Under the pieces are notes generated by a model. It was not told the DNA's origin and ran no database searches. It saw nothing but the letters and a program-made list of their open reading frames with translations. Position numbers and translations under genes: made by a program. This document shows, piece after piece, positions 1 through 12,982 of a DNA stretch of 64,000 nucleotides. Numbering within the stretch: position 1 is the first letter of the stretch; each line of letters opens with the position of its first letter. The stretch lies in assembly GCA_039545335.1 (NCBI GenBank), contig BCIN01000002.1, positions 186,001-250,000 on the forward strand. The letters are read 5' to 3'. This DNA comes from Kondoa subrosea. Taxonomy: Eukaryota.

Positions 1-2404
1 TTTGAGATGACACTCAATTAACAAGGTAAATGTTAACTTACCCGATCTCTAGAAGTAAGATGCCCTCTTACGATCATATGGCCAAGTTTTGCCCTAAGAG
101 CAGAATGCTGTTGACTTCTATTCTCTTTGATCATTTGCGCGAGCGTCTCCTGAAGAGTCATGATCTGCTTTGGACCGCCTAAATTGAACTCAGCATGCTG
201 CCACAGGAACGAAAAGAAAGATTACCTGTTTCTGAAACGATTGGTGGTAAACTGCAAGTCTGGCGTAGTCGGGTCAACCAAGACATCTACAATAAGGTCT
301 TAAATCAGTCTTGCCACAGAAGATGATGAAAAAGCTTACCATCTTTTGTCTACTTATGTGTAGATCGGCGTCCGCTGTAGCGTCTTTGAGCATTTTGCCT
401 GATAGATCCATCAGAGCTTGATTATATTGATCTGAGCAGACATCAGCGTGTAAATCGGCAATCTGAGTTGAAAGCCATACCAACATATCGCAAGCGCTCA
501 ACCGGATCATGCTTGACTCGGACCAAATGAAAGCGTTGTTTCGGTACGCTTAATTGCTCTGCAACTGAAGCTTTCGTCGTTCTAATACAGAGTTGCTGTA
601 AAAGTTGGCATAGGATATATTGATTCTTGACCAGGAGAAGTTGATCGAAGAGCAGCTTTTCTTGATGTTCTGGCCAAATTTGGAGAAATCGTAAAAGAGG
701 TCGTAGTTCCTGCAAAGAACTGGAAATCGGTGTGCCCGACATAGCCCAAGAATACTTGCGGTACAAGGTTGACGCAACTTCCTGTCCATCTCGTCAGCTC
801 AAAAGCAGGTTAAGGAATGCAATAACTTGCCGAAACTTGGGATGCTGAACTACCCATCATTTGCACCTCGTCCATACCTTCCAGATAAATGAGCATTGAG
901 GCATAAGGTGAAGTAGCAGATAGCTCACAAACTCGCAACCAGTCAGCTTGACAAAGTGGACTCCTCTTCAAAGTTGATTTGCCTGACCGCAGCTGCCTTC
1001 CAGGTTGCGGTCTGACATAGAAGACTACAACCATACATTAGCGGTTGGAAAATCGCTCACTATATGACTCTGCATTCACCTTCCTTCGATAAGATATCAA
1101 AAGAGCATAACACGACATCGTGATCTCTATTCCAGTCAAGAACCGAAACATCTTCTTTAGTCTTGTTCATGCCCTATATCAAGCCAAATCAGACGCGGGA
1201 AAGTTCCAAACACAATGCTAATACCTGATAAACATGGATTCGGAGGCTTGGAGCATGCCTAGCGAATTCAGCACACCATTGATTGAGAATAGCTGGAGGA
1301 CAAAGAATCAGAGTGAGAGAAGTAGGTTGAACATCCATTTCAAGCCGATTGTCTCTATAAGTTGGTAGCAGATATCTATTAGGTTGACGATCTTCTTGAC
1401 TACATCAGGATCCGTAATCACCATCAAATTGTAGGTTACTCACGAAGACATATTAAGGATATCATTTCTACAGTCTTGCCAAGACCCATTTCTTCAAGCA
1501 GCATTCCTTTTCCAGTAATACTTTCAGGTTTCGAAAGCTTAATATCGCCGGATAGCGAATTAAGCCATACTTGATGCGGCACTTCATCAATCATAGGGAT
1601 CTCATCTAATTGTTGCCAAAGCGGATTATCAGGTTGAGGAGCAAGAGGATGGTGATGACCTTCTTTAGCTAACATCCAAGACACCGAAGCACTTTGAAAG
1701 GGAAGAAGAGTGCAATCGGGCATGTCTGCACAATGGATTGTTTGTTCCGATTGCGCAGGTTGCGGTAAGAGATGATAGAACGCTGGTATAGGGAGGGGAC
1801 GTGGCTCATCTTCTTCGATAATAGAAGACGGAAAGAGTAGACCGAGTAGTCTAGATCGCTGATGGTGATGCTTATACTGGAATTTGCTAGCCGACAGAAA
1901 TGATTGAGGTACATCGATATACACATCGACTTTGAGACCGTTGCTGTGGATTATTGAGCCAACGAGTCTGGACTCCAGGGTCACCGCTAGATCTTTCGTT
2001 GCGCCTGGTGTAATAGAGCGAAGGAGATCAGAGAGTTTAGAAGGTGATGGAATCGCCAAATTGTAGCGCTTCTCGGAGATTGGACCTATAGCGAACAGAC
2101 AAGGCTCTCCCATTCTAGAATAGCCATATTCCAAATCCAGAGTAACATCCTCCTCTACATCACCTTCCACACGTTGATCAGAGTATCCAAGCTGGAAGCT
2201 TCGCACGACTCGCAGAGCTCCAGGGCTGCTTTCCACTAGTCTTGCTCGTTTCCGTGCTGGACCATCTGAGTGCGTCCTTACAGCTGCACGCTTGCCAGCG
2301 TTGTTGACATAATCGACTTTCAATTGCTGGCATTCCTTCAATAACGCTTCATATCCACGTCCATCGGTCGCTACAAAAGCTGATCTGGCCTGATCTACAT
2401 CCAT
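1..2404 (-). CDS. SNF2-family ATPase/helicase, SHPRH/Irc20/Rad5-like (5' part; runs off the left edge; multi-exon)
   Basis: Q-motif-like LLPFQSASVSWML and motif I GMLLEEMGLGKTVE. Downstream exons read TLILFVSPAILNQW, DVVLCSFDI, WLRVC..DEVQM (motif II) and WAMSGTP (motif III). ATG at 2404. Confidence 0.85.
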
Positions 2405-3198
2405 ACTGGTGGCCAAAAGGCCTGATATCTTTGATTTTGGTATCTGATGTGGTTGATTCTGAACAATCTTCTGCCTCGATGCGCAAAAGAGTTCTCGCCG
2501 CTAGATCAATGCGGCACAGTATGACTATGGCAGAGCGCAACTGCACATTCGCTATAATAATGTACCGGGTGCGATGTTTCAACCTTGCGCTCCATATTGT
2601 TTTGCACAGTCTATACTTTACTGAGTTGCTGTTTTCTGTTTCCTTCTTTCACAAGAGCTGCTCTCTTATCCATTCATTGTTTGCTCCCATAGCCTGCTTC
2701 ATGTCTCGTGTTCTTCCTTTCTGCTGTCCAATTTCTATTGTTGCTGTTCGACCTGTTCTTTCTGGATGAAGTTTTCTCATGCCTTGATTGCAAATGGTTT
2801 TGGATTGCTGAACAATGGTCGAACTCGATCTTGTGCGCATGCTTTGTCCATTGTCCCATACAATTTCGAAGAGCTAAGAAAACTTGATCAGCCAGTCGGT
2901 GTTTTTGTATGATGCTGACTTCTAGTGAGCTTAGTCAGACAGGATCGTTTGCTGCGAAAGATTCCCTACCTGAATTTATTCGCGTACAAGTACTTCAATC
3001 ATGATCGAAGCATCATACTGTTCGCAAGCCAATAATCGACCCTTTCTAAGAGCTTGCTCAGTCGAACAAATTGACACTGTACACTGCGTATAATTTTGTA
3101 GATCTCCCGCTCTTGCATGTGGCTGCCTGATAATTCGATTTGCCCGAGCCGCGGTCGCGTTTTTCGAGTTCTTGCCTTTTTCAAAAGCACCCACCGTT

Positions 3199-5208
3199 AT
3201 GTCGACCTCAATGTCTAACGACACAAAGAAAGCTCTTGCTGTGAATAATCTGCATGCTATACAGAGAGACCAGCCCATAATAAGCTCAATCCCGTTCTCT
3301 TGAATAGCTTGCAATTTCTGGAGCTGGGATCTTAGCTTGGGCATTAACGCCTTCAGGCAGTATCTTGGAACGATTTCGAATTCTTGGATTGAACGTACCA
3401 CACCCTGATAGAAGCTTAACCTTGGATCAATTCATCAAAAGACAATCTCGAATTTCATGGAAGAACTTGATGGCTAATGTACATCCCAAAGGAACTGCAC
3501 CTGGTTGTATAGTCGCTTCACCTTCAACCTACAAACCAGATTATTTCTATCAATGGACTAGAGACGCTTCTTTAGTCTTGAGAGCGATTGTGAGGAAATA
3601 TGAAGAAGGAGACAAAGACATGTTCCCTATTCTGCAAGACTTTGTGGAAGCTACCAAAGATATGCAACGACGTGATACTCCTTCTGGTGGTTATAGGACC
3701 GGTGGGTTGGGTGAAGTCAAATTCGAAGTTGACAGGACTCCATTTACTGGTGGGTCCATTCGCTGAAGACCTTATAAGTCCACGCTGAGCTCGCTGATTA
3801 GGCAATTGGGGACGACCGCAAAGAGGTTTGTATTGATATTTGGGCTCCCTGAATCATGCTGACTTAGCTTCAAGACGGACCTGCACTTCGCGCTTCAGTA
3901 TTGATGGCTTTCGCAAAGAGTTATCAGAAAGTTGATGCACCTAAAGCGCAAGAATACATCGTCAAGCACCTCTATGACGGTCTGGATCTGACCGAGACTG
4001 CTGTCAAAGGTAGGAAAGGAGATTGCATCGTCAGGCTGTCACTGATTCTGTCATTTCTTCTTTTCGCAGCCGATCTAGACTATGTCGTGGAATATTGGAA
4101 TCTTGAAGCTTTCGATCTTTGGGAGGTGAGCGAGATGTGCCTTTTGCCGGAATCTCTATTCTGATACACTCTTGTTTTCGTTATAGGAAGTGAATGCCCG
4201 CCACTTCTATACCTTACTTGTGCAACTTCGAGCAATGAAAGAAGGAGCTCTCTTCGCTAAAGAACTTTCCGATCTGTCTTCAGCTAAACGCTATTCGGAA
4301 ACAGCTACAGCGATTGAAGAAACCCTTGAACGATTCTGGGATTCGGAAAGAGGTTATTTGCTTGCAAGTATAGATGAAGTAGGTCATAAAGCCAACCCTA
4401 AAGACTCTTGGTTGGATACTGCAAATGTGTTGGCTGTACTTCATGCTGGTGAATCTTGTGGAAAATGGGATGTCACCAACGATAAAGTTTTGGCGACTCA
4501 TGTTGCAATTGTTAACTCAATGAGGTGGGTTGTATTTCATTAGTATTGTCGGAGTACTGAATTATTGTTGTTCTTAGACCGGTCTTCTATCCTCTCAATA
4601 AGCAATATGAGGGTCAATTCGCTTGTGCTGTGGGCCGCTACCCAGAAGATGATTACGATGGTGTTGGTCTGAGCAAAGTCAGTATTCCGCTGCTTGACTC
4701 GTGTGTTTAAATTGAAGCATAAATTAGGCGCATCCATGGTTTCTTTGGTGAGTACGGTTCTTGCGCAAGTAGAGAATACTATTGACTTCTTTATGCAGCT
4801 GTCTAGCTCATGCTGAATTCCTCTATCGCCTTACACACGCTCTAGAACGTTCTACCATTCAAATCACTCCTATCTCACGCGATTTCTATGAAACATTGGC
4901 AGGCAACGCTTTCTCACCATTGCAGGAAAGCATCAAACCTTCTTCCGATGTTCACAGCCATTTACTGCAAGCTATCTGGAAACGAGCAGACGACTTCGTT
5001 CAGATCGTTAGGGATCACAAAGGATGCAATGGATCCATGTCCGAACAATTCTCGAGGGAAGATGGACGGCCTACTGGTGCAGCAGACTTAACGTTAGTTT
5101 GTTTATACTGTAAGACTACCAGGTCTGATATGGTGATTCGCATACAGCTGGAGTTATGATGCTTTCCTCTCAATGCACGATGCAAGACAAGGCAAGAAGA
5201 TGTTTTGA
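3199..5208 (+). CDS. Glucoamylase, glycoside hydrolase family 15 (multi-exon; no C-terminal CBM20)
   Basis: Motifs VASPS..PDYFYQWTRDA, GLGEVKF, WGRPQRDGPALRA (rebuilt across introns), FDLWEE, SEQFSR..G, DLTWSY. The N-terminus has a hydrophobic segment (LAISGAGILAWAL). Stop at 5206-5208. Confidence 0.95.
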
Positions 5209-5458
5209 TACTACAACCCAGCATTTTTTACATACAACACTTTAGAAGATGATACCTCTTAGAAACTCGCATCGTTGTTATATTGTTTGATTCTCTCGTT
5301 AGATGTTAGTAGAGTAGAGCAATTAGAGTACTTATGCACTGATCAAGAGTTGATATCTATTAGAAATGCATTGTTTCCTTATAAATAATCTTTCAATAAC
5401 ATCATTGTACAGCATTGGCTTCGTATAATACATGAGACTGTTTCGCTCTTTGCTGCAA

Positions 5459-7905
5459 TCATTTTTTGTCTCCTGACGCGCTAATCGCACCTTCTGACTT
5501 TGTCTTGTGCTTGTACGATCTCATTGCCAATCGTTCGATAGTCTAGTTGAGGCATATCGAATGAGTAAAACGTTGTGCAAAGATGGACGAGCGATAGCTC
5601 ACCGTTTCGAAGATGATGATCGCCTGTAAATAAAGGACTACCAATGGTAGACCCCAGGCTTGGTTGACGATTCGATATATTGGCGTGTCGAGAATAAGTG
5701 TTTGCCCATAAGTACCTTCATGCTGAACGACTGAATTCCCAATGTCCAAGAAACCAAGCATGCACATAACGACGCCAGCTAGGATCCGGAAGATGCGACG
5801 TGCCCAATCCCATAGATCCTGAGGTTTGTAATGTACGCCATGTGTTATCGCAGACATACATATGAAGCCGCCGACACATGGGAAAACATACTGGACAAGA
5901 TGTTAGCATGAAACAGCAGGAGATTTGTGTTCTTACGAGAGATGGGTAGAAAGCAGACGTTGTCAGCGAATTGACTATTTCCAGACTGTATATAGCGCTC
6001 AGTTCAGCTCGCTCGGCGGTTGTGAAACTTACTAAGCTTCCTCCGTTGCTAATGAAGCATTATTTGAGATAGCTGCGACACTTTCTTCTAGTTCGGCAGA
6101 TCCCTCGATACCATAAGTTGTCGTTAGAGATGAATAGGATGAAATAAGGAATTGATACAACTGTTGCATCGAGCTTTGAGAATTTGGATCATATTCCAGT
6201 TCCAAGCCATGTTCAATTACTGTTTCCGGAACGCCAATGAGAACCAAGTCGGTATGTAATTGAGCTAATTCCTCTTGAGAACTAGTGCCCAGAACAAGGC
6301 CAGTAAACTCGCGGGTTAGTCGATTCACTCCGGATTGAACAACGTAAGTTAGTACGAGTCTCGAAATTGCCTTGATGTAGAGAAGAAGCGATAGATGGAG
6401 TAGGAAATGGAGCCACGCATATGCTTGTTGACGAAGGCGTCCCAGTGGTCTCTCTTTGTCGAAGTTTACGAACAACAACCACCAAGCTACAAATTTCGTC
6501 CATCATGCCAATGTTATCGATTCGAATAAAAGCTCACCTTGATAGAGCGCAATAATGGCGCAGATTAGCTGTGCGACTGTAGTGCCAGAAAACCCCAGAG
6601 CATTGATAGCCTAATACGGGGACACAGCGTCAGCGGCGTTTAGATCAATCACGCATGTCATACATTACTTATAGCAATGGTCAAGGACAGAACGCCTTCT
6701 CCTAATATAATCAAAGACACCAGAGCCATTCGTTCGCCCAGCATTGACACCTTCTTGTAACATGAGTCGCCAGTCGACGCAATGCCAATAGTAACAAGCA
6801 TTTGCAGTATTAGAGCCAAGCATACGAGAGCGATTGCAGGACCACGGTGCTCGGAATAGAAAGCAGCGCCAAGGAAGAATGCAGCTGAAATGATACAGCT
6901 GAGTGGGTGAGCTACGAGAATCCAGTATTTCCTCTTGCGAGCAAGGGCAAAGAAGACAACTTGATCGTCAATCCTGTTAGTGGTGCGTTTTCGTCCAGGT
7001 TATAAAAATCCTGACCTGAAAGATATGATGCAGCAAGAAATGCCTCGCCTATAGCCATAGTCGTACAAAGGAAGAACCAAGCGACATTGGATCTAACTCG
7101 TTCGGCTTCAACTTCGTCGGCGAATTCACGTTGGTGTAAGCCAAAGTCAGCAATATTGAGTCGGCCGGCAGAAGCAGCAACAAATATGAACACGCCCAGC
7201 TGAATAAGCTTTGTGATGGCATGATGAATGTCGTCTGTAGAGAAACGGACATCGTATAGGACCACGTTGAGCCAGTTGACCCAAAGTAGCGCAAACACGA
7301 AGATCTATGTGAACTTTACATGAGATACCACTGTAATCAAAGACATAAAGTGAACCTACATAGGTTGCAAGATCATTCTTGGAAGTAGCTTGATGGCGCT
7401 CAGAGACAACGGTGACCTATTTCCGAGGTCAAATACAATCATTTTGGCAATTTTGAACGCACAGCCGCAACCTGGAAATGACAGCACGAAGACTTTCAGT
7501 ATCTGAAGCTTTACAACCATGAAGACAAGCGCTAACCAGAGCTAAATCATAAAACAAGTCCAACCAGGTCGGAGCTCTGTGTAATCGAATGGTTGCTGAA
7601 GCTTTGACAGAGCTTGAGGTATCTTGTCGCTCTTTATCTATTCCATGACCATTCGCATGGTGTGCACCTTGAATATGAACTTCTTCTTCATCTTCACTTT
7701 CTCCCTCTGCTTTCGCATCATCTGGACTGATGAATGGACTCTTGAAGACAGGACGTTTGAATTCTACTCTCCGCTTGTAGGTGTCCGCTTCACTATGTAG
7801 TTATACGATAAGCCTGATAAGAGGCAATGTTCTAGAGACACACCTTTCGTCCGGGGACAGAAGCTTTGTTCCAAGCTTGCTGCCCTTTGTATCTCGAGGT
7901 TCCAT
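5459..7905 (-). CDS. LtrA (low temperature requirement A)-like polytopic membrane protein, copy A
   Basis: PTWLDLFYDL, LYDVRFSTDD, ERMALVSLIILGEG and WLHFLLHLSL are typical of the fungal LtrA-like family. Many hydrophobic segments. Spliced start MEPRDTKG at 7905. Confidence 0.8.
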
Positions 7906-8301
7906 GTCTTGAACTGGCTAGAGGCTGTTGGCCGTAACTTTGCATACTTGCTCCGCTCCACCGCTCCTCGGGAGCCCCAAGACATGACATATGAATCGGG
8001 TAAGGTCCGCCGAAGATTCGCGCTATCAGCAACGCGTATCTAAATTACTCAAATTACTTGTGTGAGCTTGCTTGGCACTAGGGTGGCAATGGTCATACGA
8101 GAACGAGCTATTTTTTGCTAGTTTGTCTTTTGTATGAATAACATAGCAGTGATAGCACACCTCTATCTCTTCAGATCGCATTGGGTATGGATCATTCTGA
8201 ATTCAGTACGGTATAGGAGGATGCTAACTCATACAAAGTCCCTGAAAGATCCTTAGTCACGGCTTCCCAGGCAAAAACATTGGATACGCGTACTTGCGTC
8301 C

Positions 8302-10763
8302 TCATTGACCTTTTGGAAGTAGACTTCCACCGCTGCGCTTCGTCTTCCTTTCGTATGCTCTGATAGCCAATCGGTTTATTATCTACGGCAGAGCCATCAG
8401 ACTGCGTTTTGGGAAGGTCAACCTGCTTTATTTACTCTTTCAAACAGAATGACTGCCAGCAGGTACAGAATAATGAAGGGTAGAAGCCAAGCAGCATTAG
8501 CGATCCGATAGATTGGTATGTCGAGGACAATGGTTTGACCAAAGGTGCCTTCGTGACGCACAACTTGATCGCCAACATCGAGCAAACCGAGCATGCACAG
8601 GAAGATACCAGCTATCATACGAAGACCATGTCGCGACCAGTCCCACATATCTTGAGGTTTCAAATGAATGCAGTGTAGGATGCTGGACATGCATAGAAAT
8701 CCACCAACGCAAGGAAGAACATACTGAAAAGATAGTCAGCTGACGATTTCATACTTGGCAGATCTCGCCTACAAGAGCTGGATAAAAAGCATGAGTTGCG
8801 AGTGATGTGGCTATTTCTAGGCTGAAAGATCTGATTCAGTCTTTGCGGAGAAGCCGCATTGAGTAAACTCACTAAGCTTCCTCTGTTGCTGAAGAGGCAT
8901 TATAGCTAATCGCTGCCACAGCTTCTTCCAATTCCACTGATCCTTCAATTCCATATGAGTAAGCTAAAGCGTTGTATGATGCAGTCAGGAACTGATATAG
9001 TTGCTGAACTGAATTTTCTGAGGCTGGATTGTACTGTAGTGTTAATCCCTGCTCTATTACGGACTCTGATACGCCGATGAAGACTAAATCGGTGTGTAAA
9101 TGAGCGATTTGTTCTTGACTCATAGAACCTTGAAAGAGGGCTAAGAACTGCTGGCTTAGATGACTATGACAAGCCACTTCAGCAACGTAGAGACAAATCT
9201 TAAGATTCTCATACCTGAGACCAGACGAAACGCTGTAAGCTACGACGAGACGAGAGATGGCCTTGATGAATAGAAGAAGGGAAAGATGTAATAGGAAATG
9301 TAGCCACGCATACGCTTGTTGCTGAAGTCGGCTCAGAGGTCTTTCCTTATCGAAGCTGACGAAGAGAAGCCACCAAGCTGCGGTGAAATCAATTCAATCG
9401 CACTCTCTATATATAAGCCAAACTCACACTGGTAGAGGGCTACAATAGCACAGATAAATTGAACAACGCTGGTTGCAGAAAATCCGAGTGCCGCTATAGC
9501 CTATTGATTGTTTGGAGTTGCAGTCTACGGGTAACCAGAATAGCTTACGTCGGAAATTGCCTTGGTGAGGGTGAGGACGCCCTCCCCAATGATGATCAGA
9601 GACCTACAAGCAACATGAACATGCTCCGAGTAGACACCAACTATGACTCACAATAGAGCCATTCTCTCACTGAGCATCGAGATTTGCTTGTAACAGGAAC
9701 CCCTTCCAAAGCTTACTCCCACAGAGGAGACCATTTGTAGAAGGAGGGCCAGACTGACCAACGTAATAGCACGACCACGATGACTTCTGGCGTATGCAGC
9801 TCCAACAAAGAGAGCGGCAGAAACAGCGTAGGAGACAGGATGTGCTACTAATGCCCAATATCTCTTCTGTTTGGCGAACCCAAAAATAACAACTACCTGA
9901 ACATGAGTGTACGTCTACATAAAAGCGCAAAATAGAGCAGACCTGAAAGATAAGACAAAGCAAGAAAACCACCTCCTATAGCCAATGTTACACATAGAAA
10001 GAACCAAGCATTGTTAGATCTGACTCGGTCTGCAGTGATCTTGTCTGTCAAGTTCTCCTGATCTAAGCCGAAGTCCGCAATGTTGAGTCGAGTAGCCGAT
10101 GCAGCAACGAAAATAAAGACCCCGAGTTGGACAAGCTTCATAATACCATGATGTATATCGTCTGTGGAGAACCGAGCATCGTACAAAACCACGTTGAGCC
10201 AATTGACCCAAAGAAGCGCAAAGACGAAGATCTGTGTAATGTGTCACTTCTGTTTCAAGTCTGAGATCTGATACAGGAGCTTAAACCTACATAGGTTGCA
10301 ATATCGTAATCAGAAGTACCTTGGTGGTATTCGGTGACAACAGTAATCTGCATAAATGTGGTTCAAATGATATACTTCTGTGAATAGAGCTGACGTACAG
10401 CAGCGACCAATGCCAAATCATAAAACAAGTCTAGCCAGGTCGGCGCTTCATGTAAGCGGACAAAGCTCGAAGGATCCAAGAAAGTGGAATTGTCTCGTTC
10501 GTCTCCATCCGCGTGGATGACTGCAGTTCGCTGCCGTGCCAAACTGATATGAACTTCATTATCTTCGTTTTCGACTGTTTCTGTGTCGATGAAGGGATTC
10601 TTGAACACGGAGCGAATTTCTTTCCTTCTTCGCTGGTAGGACTCGGCTTCTCTGTTGTACGCGGCATGAGAAAAGGCGTGCAGAGCATGAAGGCAAAGAC
10701 CGACCTTTCTTCCCGAGGGCTTAACTTGCCCTCAACTCCGCTGTCAGTAATGTTAGTGTTCAT
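8302..10763 (-). CDS. LtrA-like polytopic membrane protein, copy B (tandem paralog of copy A)
   Basis: Colinear with copy A: FKNPFI, PTWLDLFYDL, LYDARFSTDD, ERMALLSLIIIGEG, LHTDLVFIGV, KPQDMWDW. Confidence 0.8.
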
Positions 10764-10832
10764 GATGCACGCAGAAGTACTTATGAACAAGACAAGAGGA
10801 TATAATAAGACAAGAGATTAGGCAGTGTAGCG

Positions 10833-10859
10833 TGCGCCGTCTGCGCCGTCTGCGCCGGC
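10833..10859. repeat. 9-bp tandem repeat (TGCGCCGTC)x~3 upstream of LtrA-like copy B
   Basis: Sequence reads tgcgccgtc tgcgccgtc tgcgccggc. Confidence 0.8.
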
Positions 10860-10958
10860 TTCAGAAGCGTGGATCGATAGCGCTTTCTACCGGCAGATCT
10901 AGACGTTTCGAATATGCTCTGCCAAGAGATGGAATCCATTGGAACGCTATGTGCAGGA

Positions 10959-12792
10959 CTAGCCCCATTGGAAGTGGAATTGCTGCCCTCCGCCTCCAAA
11001 TCGATGATTGCCGCCATGCTGAGAGCCAGCTTGTTGCTGCTGTAAAATCAAGTCAGCTTTGAAGTAATGTGTGCGTGACTTAACATACAAAGAACTGCTG
11101 AAACATTTGACCGCCTCCGCCTTGTTGGAAAGGGTGCTGATGACCACTTGATGTATCGTTCGGGTCGTCTCTGACAACAATACAGGGCAATCAGTCATTC
11201 TGAAGATTATTTGCTGCGCAGTACTGACCCTCTGTCAAATCTCGCCCGGAGTTCTGCCATATTAAGTATGAGAGCTGCCGAAACAAATGACCATTCGACG
11301 CACCTGGATTCGACAAAACTTCGTATGCTTCATTGACTGCTGACATTGCTTTCTCTGATCCACCTTTGTCAGGATGATTCTTGACAACTGCTTTGCGATA
11401 AGCTTTCTTGATCGTCCGCTCGTCCGCATCGCTTGAAACACCAAGAACCTGCATAGTTGAAAGGACACTGGGATAAATAGAATAATTCTGGTTTGTGATG
11501 AATCGCACACACCTTGTAATAGTCCTTGCTTTTACTCCGCTTCAAACCTCTCTGCGCCTTTTGCAAACTCTCATGAATATCTCTATCCGTTCTTCCACTC
11601 TTTTCAAACGCATCATTCAACACTCTCACAGCTTCCTCCCATTCTTCCTTTCTCATCAACTCATCACCTTTGCTGACAAGCGCATCCACATTCTCTGGAT
11701 CTCGTTCGAGAACTTGAGAACACATGTTGACTGCTAATCTTGTGGAACCATTTTTCAAATGCGCTTTACATGCCCAACCCATTAAAAGAGTAATGAGTTG
11801 ACTAGAAGGTTCCAGTCCTTTGGGCAATGCGTCTGAAGAGATATATTCTTCCACTAAAGTTTGAGCTTGTGTAACTAAACCAATTTTATCTGCACCTCTT
11901 GGATCTAGTAAATTGACAGCTGAAGCCCAACGTGAACCTTCAACGAAATTTCTCGCTTTCGTTAAATCTTTATCAAACTTCTTGAATGCTCGGAACCAAG
12001 ATTTGCAAGATTTTGAATCTGGATCGAAATGAAGACATTGTTTGATTGGATTGAGAGCGAGTTTGGAATCGGTTGCGAGGAGTAGGTAGTTTGTCAGAGA
12101 TAGTCTAAGTAATAAAGAAGCTGAAGAAGGATTGAGTGAAGCAGCTCTTGATAGATCGCCTGCTGCTTCTGGTATTTGTCGGAGTGCGAAATTACAGTCT
12201 GCTCGAAGTTCGCGTAAAGAGGAGGATTGGGAAATGATTTCTATCGCTGCATCTGCGTTGGTCAGACATGCTTCAGGTTTGGAAGAGGAAGCGTATTTCT
12301 TTGCTTGTGATAAGTAGAGTTCTGCTTGTTTGATGGAGTCAGATAAGGATACAGCTGTAGCATCCTTCTTGTGAGATTTGAGATAAGGTGCAAGAGTAGA
12401 TTTGGCTGCTTCAAGGTCACCAGTCTTGATTCTCAACCGTACTATTTGTATCCGCGCCTGTACATACGTCTATAAGCACGAATGCTAGGACCAGGAAGAG
12501 CAAGCCTGACCTGATCGAACTCAGTAAGCTTGAGTACACCTTCGAAGTCCTCCAATGCTTTCTTTGGCTGCGACAAGGCCAGATGTGCCGTTGCTCTCTT
12601 GTATAAGGTCAAATAATCCGAACTATCTCTTGCAACGCAATGATCATAGATTTCTATCGCAGCAGGTCCTTGCCCGGAAGCTAGATAATTCGTGGCTTGA
12701 AGCAGCAATTGCGGTGTGGGTGCATCCAAGTCGACGGCGGCCAGCGCCAGACAGCTCAGCAGCAGCAGAGCACACAGTGGCTTTAGGATCAT
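10959..12792 (-). CDS. ER-lumenal TPR + J-domain co-chaperone (DNAJC3/P58IPK/Jem1-like)
   Basis: Signal peptide MILKPLCALLLLSCLALA, multiple TPR-like repeats, J domain KDYYKVLGV..IKKAYRK..HPDKGG..VNEAYEVLS, Gly/Phe-rich tail ending GQQFHFQWG*. Confidence 0.92.
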
Positions 12793-12982
12793 GGCCGAAA
12801 GTGGAAAACAAGCTTCTTGAAATGAAACGACGTGTCAATCAAGTGTCAGACTCAGAGCCAATCTCAAGACAATGATAACGGATGGTTGACAGCTCAGCAA
12901 GGAATTGAGGGCATAGCTTGTCATTGAATTTACGAATCAATACAAGTGAACAAAAAGATCACTCGCTTCCAAGATCTCCTTT

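Noticed and set aside
2431..3190. Short ORFs between the SNF2 gene and glucoamylase, and the many antisense/shadow ORFs in the track
   Set aside because: No protein-like motifs; best explained as chance ORFs or the reverse frames of real genes.
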